A stretch of 30,830 bases of DNA from contig DVJK01000036.1 of the NCBI GenBank assembly GCA_018716795.1, forward strand, positions 1-30,830, read 5' to 3'. Positions 12,818 through 20,500 of this stretch are shown piece by piece. The stretch comes from Candidatus Scatomorpha merdipullorum. Lineage in GTDB: Bacteria > Bacillota > Clostridia > Oscillospirales > Oscillospiraceae. Under the pieces are notes generated by a model. It worked only from the letters and a program-made list of their open reading frames with translations, ran no database searches and was not told the DNA's origin. A program made the position numbers and the translations under genes. Each line of letters opens with the position of its first letter. The first letter of the stretch is position 1.

Positions 12818-15505
12818 ATGAGAGCATCAATCCTCAAGCTGGCGACAAAGATAAGCCTGGAGTGCGGCACCTATACGGGCGTCACTCCCAACGACCCCGA
12901 GTATAAGATACTCGACCCGGTCATAACCGACGAGATGGCGGAAATCGCCATGGGCCTCAAGGTGCGCAAGTACGTCTCCGCCGCCGAGGTGGCCAAGAAG
13001 GTCAAGAAGCCCCTCGCGCGCGTGAGCGAGGTGCTCTACGAGCTGACGAACATAGGCCTGTGCCGCGTGAGCCTCAAGGACGGGGAGGACAAGTTCTTCC
13101 TGCCGATATGGGTGCCGGGCATCATGGAGATGATGGTCGGCAACAAGGAGCAGGTGGAGCGCTATCCGGTCATAGCCGAGTGCTTCGAGGAGTATACCCG
13201 CCGGCGCATCGCCCCGCTCGCGCCCTTCGTGCCGGTCGGCCAGGGCATGATGCGCGTCATCCCCGTCGAGATGGCGATTCAGAACGACGCCCACCGCGGC
13301 ACCTACGAGGAGATACACGAGATAGTTGAAAACTCCTGGGCCATCGCGGTCACCGACTGCTCCTGCCGCAGGAGCCGCCGCCTCATGGGCGAGGGCTGCG
13401 GGCATCTGGAGAAGGACGTCTGCATCTTCTTCAACGAGGGCGCGGAGTATCACATCCGCACGGGCCACGGCCGCGAGATAGACAAGGCCGAGTGCTATGA
13501 AATTCTCAAGCGCTGCGAGGAAAACGGCCTCGTCCACGAGATTTCGAACCTCGACCCGCCCAACGGCGCGGCCGCGATATGCAACTGCTGCGGCTGCTCC
13601 TGCTTCTCGCTGCGCATAGCGGAGTATTTCAAGACTCCGGACGTCATTCGCTCCAACTACGTCGCCGAAGTCGACGCGAGCAAGTGCGTGGCCTGCGGCC
13701 TCTGCGTTGAAAACTGCAACCTCGGCGCGCTCAAGCTCGGCCAGAAGCTCTGCTCCGAGCCCAGCCGCGCCCCCGAGCACGACACCCCGCACGACAAGCT
13801 GCTCTGGTTCGGCCAGGACAAGTACGACCCCTACTACCGCACCAACCGCGGGTACACCGCCGAGGACGGCACCGCGCCCTGCAAGACCCGCTGTCCGGCG
13901 CACATCCCCGTCCAGGGCTACATAAAGCTCGCCAGCCTCGGCAGGTTCGACGAGGCGCTTGAGCTCATCCGGCGCGAGAACCCCTTCCCCGCGGTCTGCG
14001 GCCGCGTGTGCCCGCGCTTCTGCGAGGAGGCCTGCTCCCGCGGCGAGGTCGACGCGCCCGTGGCGATAGACGAGGTCAAGAAGTTCCTCGCCCAGCGCGA
14101 GCTCGACCCCGAGACCCGCAGCATCCCCAAGATGCTCAACATGACCGGCAAGCCCTTCACGAACAGGATAGCCGTCGTCGGCTCCGGCCCCGCCGGCCTG
14201 AGCTGCGCGTACTACCTCGCGCTCCAGGGCTATCCCGTCACCGTGTTCGAAAAGCAGAAGACCGTCGGCGGCCTGCTGATGAACGGCATCCCCAGCTACC
14301 GGCTGGAGAAGGACGTCGTCGCCGCCGAGATAGACATCCTGCGCGAGATAGGCGTCGAGTTCAAGACCGGAGTCGAGGTCGGCAAGGACGTCACGCTTGC
14401 CGAGCTGCGCAAGGAGGGCTACGAGGCCTTCTTCCTCGCGATAGGCGCGTGGAAGTCCTCCGCGCTGAACATCCCCGGCGAGAAGTACCGCGGCGTCATG
14501 AGCGGGCTTGACTTCCTGCGCCGGGCCGAGGGGCAGCGCCCGCCCGCCGTGGGCGAGGACACCGTCATTGTCGGCGGCGGCAACGTGGCGATAGACGCCG
14601 CGCGCACCGCGCTGCGCCTGGGCGCGAAGAACGTCACCGTCTGCTACCGCCGCGCGCGCGAGGACATGCCCGCCGACCCCGAGGAGGTCGCCGAGGCCGA
14701 GGCCGAGGGCGTCAAGTTCCGCTTCCTCGTCAGCCCGCTGCGCATAAAGGGCTCCGACGGCAGGGCCGCCGAACTTGAGCTGCAGCTCATGGCCCAGGGC
14801 GAGGCCGACGGAAGCGGCCGCCGCAAGGCCGTCGCGCTCGAGGGGCAGACCGAGACCATCCCCGCGTCCACCGTTATCTCCGCCATAGGCCAGCGCGTGG
14901 ACTGGGGCGAGCTGCTCGCCGGCTCGCGCGTGCAGCTGCGCCGCTCCGGCGCGGCCATGGCCGACCGCGTCACGCTCCAGACCATGGAGCCCGACATCTT
15001 CGTCGGCGGCGACGCGCTGACCGGCCCGAGCTTCGTCATTGACGCCATTGCCGAGGGCAAGGAGGCCGCGATTTCAATACACCGCTTCGTCCAGCCCGGC
15101 CAGAGCCTCACCATAGGCCGCCGCGTCAAGGACTACATGGAGCTCGACAAGTCCGACGCCGACCTCAGCGGCTATGACCGCGCGCCCAGGCAGCACGTCG
15201 CCGTCCCCGACCCCGAGAAGGCGAAGGAGACCTTCCGCGACCTGCGCGGCACATTCACCGCGGAGCAGGTCCTGAAGGAGACCGAGCGCTGCCTCGGCTG
15301 CGGCGCGACCGTCGTCGACCAGAGCGCCTGCGTGGGCTGCGGCGTCTGCACCACCAAGTGCAAGTTCGACGCGATACGCCTCGTGCGTGTGACCGACTCC
15401 GCCGGCAAGGTCTACGAAAAGCTCATGCCCGAGAGCGGCAAGAACGCCGTCCGCCGCGTCAAGGAGATTGCCGTCAAGCGCGTCTCGCGCCCCGGCACGA
15501 AGTGA
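12818..15505 (+). CDS. Multidomain Fe-S flavoprotein, 895 aa: N-terminal HTH-like and Cys/His-rich domain, ferredoxin, GltD/NfnB-like FAD/NAD(P)H module, C-terminal ferredoxin
   Basis: DCSC..GCGH..VC..GLVH..ICNCCGCSC; CVACGLCVENC; PCKTRCP..CGRVCPRFCEEAC; VGSGPAG; VGGGNVAIDAAR; YRR; GGDALTGP; RCLGCG..CVGCGVCTTKC. AGGAGG RBS. Confidence 0.9.
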   Translation: MRASILKLATKISLECGTYTGVTPNDPEYKILDPVITDEMAEIAMGLKVRKYVSAAEVAKKVKKPLARVSEVLYELTNIGLCRVSLKDGEDKFFLPIWVPGIMEMMVGNKEQVERYPVIAECFEEYTRRRIAPLAPFVPVGQGMMRVIPVEMAIQNDAHRGTYEEIHEIVENSWAIAVTDCSCRRSRRLMGEGCGHLEKDVCIFFNEGAEYHIRTGHGREIDKAECYEILKRCEENGLVHEISNLDPPNGAAAICNCCGCSCFSLRIAEYFKTPDVIRSNYVAEVDASKCVACGLCVENCNLGALKLGQKLCSEPSRAPEHDTPHDKLLWFGQDKYDPYYRTNRGYTAEDGTAPCKTRCPAHIPVQGYIKLASLGRFDEALELIRRENPFPAVCGRVCPRFCEEACSRGEVDAPVAIDEVKKFLAQRELDPETRSIPKMLNMTGKPFTNRIAVVGSGPAGLSCAYYLALQGYPVTVFEKQKTVGGLLMNGIPSYRLEKDVVAAEIDILREIGVEFKTGVEVGKDVTLAELRKEGYEAFFLAIGAWKSSALNIPGEKYRGVMSGLDFLRRAEGQRPPAVGEDTVIVGGGNVAIDAARTALRLGAKNVTVCYRRAREDMPADPEEVAEAEAEGVKFRFLVSPLRIKGSDGRAAELELQLMAQGEADGSGRRKAVALEGQTETIPASTVISAIGQRVDWGELLAGSRVQLRRSGAAMADRVTLQTMEPDIFVGGDALTGPSFVIDAIAEGKEAAISIHRFVQPGQSLTIGRRVKDYMELDKSDADLSGYDRAPRQHVAVPDPEKAKETFRDLRGTFTAEQVLKETERCLGCGATVVDQSACVGCGVCTTKCKFDAIRLVRVTDSAGKVYEKLMPESGKNAVRRVKEIAVKRVSRPGTK

Positions 15506-15506
15506 T

Positions 15507-15851
15507 ATGCACGAGATGAGCCTGGCCATACAGGCCATTCGGAGCGTCCTCGACTTTGCCGACGAGAACGGGATTGACGCCATAGACACCGTCGTGCTCG
15601 AGATAGGCGAGCTGAGCCTCGTCGTGCCCGAGTATATGGAGGAGGCCTGGAACGCCGCCTGCCGGAGCACGATGCTCGAGCGCGCCAGGCTGCGCATAGA
15701 CGTCACACCCGGCAACGGCCTGTGCCAGGGCTGCGGCAAGGTGTATAACATCGTGGAAAACCGCGGAACCTGCCCGTACTGCGGCAGCCGCGAAAAGGAA
15801 ATCCTCTGCGGCCGGGAGTTCAACATAAAGGAACTCCTCGTGCCCGAATAA
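15507..15851 (+). CDS. hypA: HypA nickel metallochaperone, 114 aa
   Basis: N-terminal MHE Ni-binding motif, LEIGELSLV, Zn finger CQGC..CPYC, GREFNI. Starts 1 nt after the oxidoreductase stop. Confidence 0.95.
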   Translation: MHEMSLAIQAIRSVLDFADENGIDAIDTVVLEIGELSLVVPEYMEEAWNAACRSTMLERARLRIDVTPGNGLCQGCGKVYNIVENRGTCPYCGSREKEILCGREFNIKELLVPE

Positions 15852-15860
15852 ACGAAAAAA

Positions 15861-15885
15861 GGCCGGCCCGTTTCGCGGGCCGGCC
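15861..15885. terminator. GC-rich hairpin after hypA, probable terminator
   Basis: GGCCGGCCCG-tttcg-CGGGCCGGCC preceded by an A-run. The plus-strand T-tract is weak. Confidence 0.5.
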
Positions 15886-15922
15886 GCTTCGCAAAAAACT
15901 TGCGAAAAACGCAAAATAACTC

Positions 15923-15951
15923 TTGCATTTCAAAGGGAGCTGTGCTAATAT
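15923..15951 (+). promoter_or_regulatory. Extended -10 sigma-A promoter of tRNA-Arg
   Basis: TTGCAT-N17-TAATAT with TG upstream of the -10. Confidence 0.7.
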
Positions 15952-15973
15952 ATAAAGGCTCGATACGAGATAT

Positions 15974-16050
15974 GCGCCTTTAGCTCAGCTGGATAGAGCG
16001 TCTGGCTACGGACCAGAAGGTCAGGGGTTCGAATCCCTTAAGGCGTGCCA
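15974..16050 (+). tRNA. tRNA-Arg(ACG), 77 nt, CCA encoded
   Basis: Acceptor stem GCGCCTT/AAGGCGT, D-arm GCTC..GAGC, anticodon arm TCTGG-CTACGGA-CCAGA, T-arm AGGGG-TTCGAAT-CCCTT, discriminator G then CCA. Confidence 0.97.
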
Positions 16051-16077
16051 GCGTCAGAACAAACTGCGCTGCACTGC

Positions 16078-16440
16078 GTCAACAGGCACAGCCGAAAGGC
16101 TGTGCCTGTTGACATTCGTTCCGCTTCGTTTGTTCTTCCTTTCAAAACCGGACCCGCTATGCTGGGCTCCGGTTTTGTTTTTTATGGGATTCGGTTTGTT
16201 CCGACGTCTTTTTTTGCGAAGCAAAAAAAGGCCGTCATCCACTTCGTTACATCCGTTCCTCCTTTCAAAATTGAACCCGCTGCGCTGGGCTTCAATTTTG
16301 TGTTTGGATTGTGAAGTCCGCTCCGTTTGTTCTTCCTTTCAAAACCGGACCCGCTTCGCTGGGCTCCGGTTTTGTTTTATTTGGGGCTTGGTGCTTTCAA
16401 AGCGTGATTTAAAACCCGAAGCCTGGGCTTCGGGTTTTGC
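16078..16440. repeat. tRNA-downstream hairpin and direct-repeat cluster
   Basis: 16-bp perfect GAAA-capped stem at 16078-16113. Three copies of a ~60-bp unit ending in CTTTCAAAA-stem-CCCGCTNNGCTGGGC-stem-TTTTG (~16121, ~16245, ~16318) and a reduced copy at ~16411. Confidence 0.8.
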
Positions 16441-16448
16441 TTTTGGGC

Positions 16449-17435
16449 TTATTTGGCCAGCTCGTTTTTGCAGCGGCCGGTTTCTAGGAATTCGCGGAGG
16501 TTGTCGAAGGTGACGGAGTGGATGCCGCGGACGGCGGTGGCGGTGTAGAAGGCCGTGTGGGGCGTTATGAGGACGTTGTCGAGCGCGAGGAGGCCGGAGA
16601 TAACGGGATCCAACTCCTGCCCGGCGAGATTTTTGCGGATGAAGGACGTCTCGTTCGGGAAGACGTCCGCGGCGAGGCCGCCGAGCTTCCCGCTTCTGAG
16701 CGCCGCGAGCACGGCGGCGTAGTCGAAGAGCTCGCCCCGGGCGGCGTTGACGAGTATGGCCCCGTCGCGCATGGAGGCTATGCCCGCGGCGTTGACGACG
16801 TTCCTCGTCTCCTCCGTGAGGGCGCAGTGGAAGATTATCGCCTCGCTCTGCCGGAAGAGCTCCGCGCGGCTTACGTATTCGACGACGCCCTCGAGCTCCG
16901 GCCTGGGATGCGGGGTGTAGGCCAGGACGCGCGCGCCGAAGCCGCGGAGCAGCCGCGCCGTGCGGCTGCCTATGAAGCCCGTGCCGAAGACGCCGACGGT
17001 CATCTCGCCGAGCTCCCTCGCCGGCCGGCCCGGCAGGCCGAAATCCTGCGCGTCCGTGCGCCGCACCGAGCCCTTCACGTCCCGCAGCAGCGCGAGCAGC
17101 GACATGAGGGCGTACTCCGAGACGGCGTTCTGGCTGTACACCGGCACGTTCGCGCAGCGCAGGCCGTACTTGGCCGCGGCGGCGAGGTCGATGTGGTCCC
17201 AGCCGGTGCTGCGCGTTAGGACGTATTTGACGCCGGCGCCGCTCAGCGCGCGGGCGTTGGCCTCGTCTATGCGGCTGGCCGCGACAAGCGCGACGGCCTT
17301 TGAGCCGCGGGCGAGCGAGGCGGTCTCGGGCGTGAGCCGCCCGGAGCTTATGACGAGCTCGACGCCACGCTCCACCGCCATCTCGGCGAAGTCCCGGGCC
17401 TCGTCCTCGCGCATATCGTAGACAGTGAGCTTCAT
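16449..17435 (-). CDS. D-isomer-specific 2-hydroxyacid dehydrogenase (D-lactate dehydrogenase / VanH-like), 328 aa
   Basis: TRSTGWDHID, NVPVYSQNAVSE, GVFGTGFIG, VNAARGEL, ADVFPNE, LITPHTAFYT. Start reassigned to MKLTVY at 17435 behind a GGGAGG RBS. Confidence 0.9.
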   Translation of the reverse strand: MKLTVYDMREDEARDFAEMAVERGVELVISSGRLTPETASLARGSKAVALVAASRIDEANARALSGAGVKYVLTRSTGWDHIDLAAAAKYGLRCANVPVYSQNAVSEYALMSLLALLRDVKGSVRRTDAQDFGLPGRPARELGEMTVGVFGTGFIGSRTARLLRGFGARVLAYTPHPRPELEGVVEYVSRAELFRQSEAIIFHCALTEETRNVVNAAGIASMRDGAILVNAARGELFDYAAVLAALRSGKLGGLAADVFPNETSFIRKNLAGQELDPVISGLLALDNVLITPHTAFYTATAVRGIHSVTFDNLREFLETGRCKNELAK

Positions 17436-17465
17436 ATGAGTCCTCCCTTGCTTCCTTTTGCCCCT

Positions 17466-17494
17466 ATTGTAAGCCATCCGGCGCAAAACGGCAA
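17466..17494 (-). promoter_or_regulatory. sigma-A promoter for the D-2-hydroxyacid dehydrogenase gene
   Basis: TTGCCG-N17-TACAAT on the minus strand. Confidence 0.6.
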
Positions 17495-17495
17495 C

Positions 17496-17525
17496 AAAAA
17501 TCGCGCCGGGAGAGCTCCCGGCGCG
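17496..17525 (-). terminator. Intrinsic terminator of ktrB-ktrA-vanZ
   Basis: 10-bp stem CGCGCCGGGA / TCCCGGCGCG followed by ATTTTT on the minus strand. Confidence 0.7.
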
Positions 17526-17563
17526 CGGATATTGACGCGGAACGCAAAAACATCGCGGACTTT

Positions 17564-18091
17564 TTACCAGGTCATTTTCTCGTCCAGCGCCCTCAGCTTC
17601 GGCCTCGCGAGAAGGAAGAGGACATAGCCCAGGAGGCCGCCGAGGGTGTTCATGATGAGGTCGGTGACGTCGAAGATGCGCCGGTTCGAGACGCCGCCCC
17701 AGCAGTACAGCAGCTGCACGCCCTCGATAAAGAGGCTCAGGCCGAGGGAGGCGAGCGTGACGCGGACGGGGCCGCGCCTTCTGATGCAGGGCAGGATGAA
17801 GCCGAAGGGCAGGAACATGAGGCAGTTCAAAACCACGCCGCTGCGCGCGTAGAGATAGCCGCGCTTTATGTCCCGGAAGGGCTCGAGGTTTATCTCCTCG
17901 AGGAAGAGCCGGTTCGCGCCGGGTATGGGCAGGCGGAAGGGCATCAGCGTGACGCAGGCCACGGCGCAGAGATAGAGCCAGAGCAGCGTGAACCAGACCC
18001 TGTACCGCTGCTCGCGCCGCCGGAGCCGGAGCGCCCAGACGGCGGCGTATGCGAGCGCGAGCAGGCCGAAATCGAGCAGCAGCTCGGCCAT
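17564..18091 (-). CDS. VanZ-like family membrane protein, 175 aa
   Basis: INLEPF..LNCLMFLPFG..SLFIEGVQ..RIFDVTDLIMNTLGG VanZ signature with several TM segments. TGATG overlap with ktrA. Confidence 0.85.
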   Translation of the reverse strand: MAELLLDFGLLALAYAAVWALRLRRREQRYRVWFTLLWLYLCAVACVTLMPFRLPIPGANRLFLEEINLEPFRDIKRGYLYARSGVVLNCLMFLPFGFILPCIRRRGPVRVTLASLGLSLFIEGVQLLYCWGGVSNRRIFDVTDLIMNTLGGLLGYVLFLLARPKLRALDEKMTW

Positions 18092-18738
18092 CAGGCGGTG
18101 ACGCGGCGCACGTCGTCCATGCTGCCGAGGACGAGGATGTGCTCCGCCTCGTTGAACTTGTAGCCCGGATCGACCACGGGCCGCATCCTCTCGTCGTCCC
18201 CGCGGGCGGCGATGAGGTTGAGGTTATAGCGGTTGCGAAGGCCGACCTCGGCCACGGAGCGGCCCATCCACTCGCGCGGCGGCTCAATCTCGCATATCGC
18301 GCAGCCCTCGGCCAGGGCGATGAAGTCGAAGATGTGCTCGCTCGACTCGCGCACGGCGATGCGCTCGGCGGCGTCGCGCTCGGGGTAGATGATATAGTCG
18401 GCGCCGCAGCGGCGCAGGAATTTGGCCTCGAGGTCGCGGTCGGCCTTGGAGTATACGCGCTTCGCGCCCAGCTCCTTGAGCTGGTCGGTTATCTCGAGGC
18501 AGGCCTGGAAGGCCTGGTTGACGCAGACGAAGCAGGCGTCGAAGCTTGCGACGTCGAAGCTCTTGAGCACGTCGATGTTCGTGCAGTCGGCCACCTTGGC
18601 CTCCGTGACGTAGGGGAGCATGTCCTCCACGGCCTCGGAGTTCTGGTCGACTATCATAATCTCGCACTTGTTGCGGCAGAGCGCCTCGCAGAGGTGGTGC
18701 CCGAAGGTGCCCATGCCGATGATAAGGAAGGACTTCAT
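18091..18738 (-). CDS. ktrA: Trk/Ktr potassium uptake regulatory subunit (KtrA/TrkA), 215 aa
   Basis: LIIGMGTFG Rossmann (RCK_N) motif, LKELGAKRVYSKA, GADYIIYPE, C-terminal RCK_C domain. Confidence 0.9.
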   Translation of the reverse strand: MKSFLIIGMGTFGHHLCEALCRNKCEIMIVDQNSEAVEDMLPYVTEAKVADCTNIDVLKSFDVASFDACFVCVNQAFQACLEITDQLKELGAKRVYSKADRDLEAKFLRRCGADYIIYPERDAAERIAVRESSEHIFDFIALAEGCAICEIEPPREWMGRSVAEVGLRNRYNLNLIAARGDDERMRPVVDPGYKFNEAEHILVLGSMDDVRRVTA

Positions 18739-18756
18739 ATAAATAACCTCCTGTGA

Positions 18757-20085
18757 TTAACCGATGGTGACGGCCTCTTCCGGGCACCTCACGGGCGCCT
18801 GCGCGCGGCGCTCGAGAAGCGCCATCGCGAAGCTTATGCTGCCCACGCGGCCCAGATACATGAGTATGACGATGACGACGGCGGAAAAGTCGCACAGCTC
18901 GCGCGTGATGCCCGTGGTCATGCCCACGGTGCCCATGGCGGAGAAGACCTCAAAGAGGATGTCCGTGAGCTCAAAGTCCTGCGCGAGGGAGATGAGCAGC
19001 GCGCCGATAAGCGCGAGGGAGAGGTTCATGAACACCATGACGCCCGCGCGCCGCGCGTCGTCGTTGGAGATGCGGCGGCCGAAAATCTCGGGATCGCGCT
19101 TGCCCACGACGCCGGAGGCCAGGCAGACGGCCAGCACGGCCAGGGTGCCGGTCTTGACGCCGCCGGCGGTGGAGCCGGAGCTGCCGCCGATGAACATGAG
19201 GATGATTGTCAAAAGCTTGCTGCCCGGGCAGAGCGCGGCGGTGTCCACGCTGTTGTAGCCCGCGGTGCGCGGCGTGACGGAGGAGAAGAGGCTCACGAGT
19301 ATCTGCTCGTGCAGCGGCATGTCCGCGTTCATGCGGTTCCGCTCGAGGAAGAAGAAGAGCACGGCCCCGCCGAAGGTGAGCACGGCGCTCGTGACAATGA
19401 CGAGCTTGGTCTGGAGCTCCCAGCGGCGGAAGCGCAGCCCATTGCGCTTGAGGTCGTCCCAGACTAGGAAGCCGATGCCGCCTATCGTGATAAGCGCCAT
19501 GATGGTGCCGCAGACGAGCCAGTCGTCGGAGTACGCGGTGAGGGAGGCGTAGTCCCCGATGATGTCGAAGCCCGCGTTGCAGAAGGCGGTGACGGAGTGG
19601 AAGACGCCGAACCAGAGCCCGTCCCAGAAGCCGCGCTCGGGTATGAAGCGGATGCAGAGCAAAAGCGCGCCCGCGCCCTCAAAGAGCAGCGTGCCCCAGC
19701 CAATCGTGCTCGTTATCTCGGTGATGCGCCCGAAGCCGTTCGAGCTTATCGAGGCGGCCATGACGCCGCGCTCGTGCATGCTCATCCTCCGGCGCAGGAG
19801 CTTCGCGAAGAGCGTCGCGATGGTCATGAAGCCCAGGCCGCCTATCTGGATAAGCACAAGCACGACGACCTGGCCGAAGAAGGACCAGTGCGTGCCCGTG
19901 TCCACCATGACGAGGCCGGTGACGCAGCTCGCGCTTGTCGCCGTGAAGAGGGATGGGATGAAGCCGGTGGCCTCCCCGTCCGCCGAGGATACGGGCAGCA
20001 TCAGCAGAAGCGTGCCGCACATGACGACGAGGAAGAAGCCGAGGGCTATCGTCTGAACGTAAGTAAGCTGTCGTGGTTTTTTCAT
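18757..20085 (-). CDS. ktrB: Trk/Ktr potassium uptake membrane subunit (KtrB/TrkH), 442 aa
   Basis: Four pore loops: FTATSASCVTGL, VTAFCNAGF, VTPRTAGY, FSAMGTVGMTTG; also MFIGGSSGSTAGGVK. Start reassigned to MKKPRQ at 20085. Confidence 0.92.
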   Translation of the reverse strand: MKKPRQLTYVQTIALGFFLVVMCGTLLLMLPVSSADGEATGFIPSLFTATSASCVTGLVMVDTGTHWSFFGQVVVLVLIQIGGLGFMTIATLFAKLLRRRMSMHERGVMAASISSNGFGRITEITSTIGWGTLLFEGAGALLLCIRFIPERGFWDGLWFGVFHSVTAFCNAGFDIIGDYASLTAYSDDWLVCGTIMALITIGGIGFLVWDDLKRNGLRFRRWELQTKLVIVTSAVLTFGGAVLFFFLERNRMNADMPLHEQILVSLFSSVTPRTAGYNSVDTAALCPGSKLLTIILMFIGGSSGSTAGGVKTGTLAVLAVCLASGVVGKRDPEIFGRRISNDDARRAGVMVFMNLSLALIGALLISLAQDFELTDILFEVFSAMGTVGMTTGITRELCDFSAVVIVILMYLGRVGSISFAMALLERRAQAPVRCPEEAVTIG

Positions 20086-20119
20086 ACTCACCCGGGCCGT
20101 CAGCCCAGCCCGCGGGCAA

Positions 20120-20287
20120 AGAATTTGCGCAGAGCGCAGCTCGGAGTTTGGGGATATTATACCATAGCGGCAAGGCCGCCGGAAAACAGCCATAGCTGTT
20201 TTGGCTATGGTGTAACATCCCCGAACCGCTTTTGCTTCAGCAAAAGCGAGGGCGCGAAGCGCCCTTCCGAGCATAGCTCTGAATTTG
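20120..20287 (-). other. Multibranched palindromic element in the ktrB leader (structured 5' UTR or MITE)
   Basis: Outer stems AGAGC/GCTCT and GCTCGGA/TCCGAGC; a ~23-bp inner stem GTTCGGGGATGTTACACCATAGC / GCTATGGTATAATATCCCCAAAC; four short hairpins. Confidence 0.6.
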
Positions 20288-20292
20288 AGGCT

Positions 20293-20320
20293 ATTATACC
20301 ACACGGTTAGTTTAGTTCAA
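20293..20320 (-). promoter_or_regulatory. Extended -10 sigma-A promoter upstream of the ktrB leader
   Basis: TTGAAC-N16-TATAAT with TG upstream (TGGTATAAT). Confidence 0.55.
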
Positions 20321-20500
20321 TCAGCAACCTGCCGGATTTTGCCGGCGGCGGAGGCGCTTTTTGCACGTATTGATGCAGGGAGCGCAGCCGGCTGAAAAGG
20401 CCCCGGCGGATTCGGCGAATCCGGCACGAATTCGCCTGACATTTGAATCCGATGCCAATTATCTCGCCGCCTTGCGGCGAAGCTTAAGCGGGGCTTTTTC

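Noticed and set aside
15974-16440. tRNA-Arg as the att site of an integrated element
   Set aside because: No integrase, no duplicated tRNA 3' end visible in the window, and housekeeping-type genes on both sides.
16121-16440. Mini CRISPR array downstream of the tRNA
   Set aside because: Only three or four variable units of unequal spacing with long internal stems, and no cas genes.
16449-18091. Glycopeptide-resistance (van) cluster suggested by a VanH-like dehydrogenase next to vanZ
   Set aside because: No D-Ala-D-Lac ligase, vanX, vanY or vanRS. The two genes are separated by a terminator and the dehydrogenase has its own promoter.
17436-18287. 612-aa ORF as an N-terminally extended dehydrogenase fusion
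   Set aside because: The extension is an out-of-frame read-through of vanZ/ktrA with low-complexity Arg/Pro/Ala content; a good RBS and promoter precede MKLTVY at 17435.
20086-20500. c-di-AMP (ydaO) riboswitch, SRP RNA or 6S RNA upstream of ktrB
   Set aside because: The conserved motifs of these families are not found on either strand by eye; an Rfam scan would settle it.
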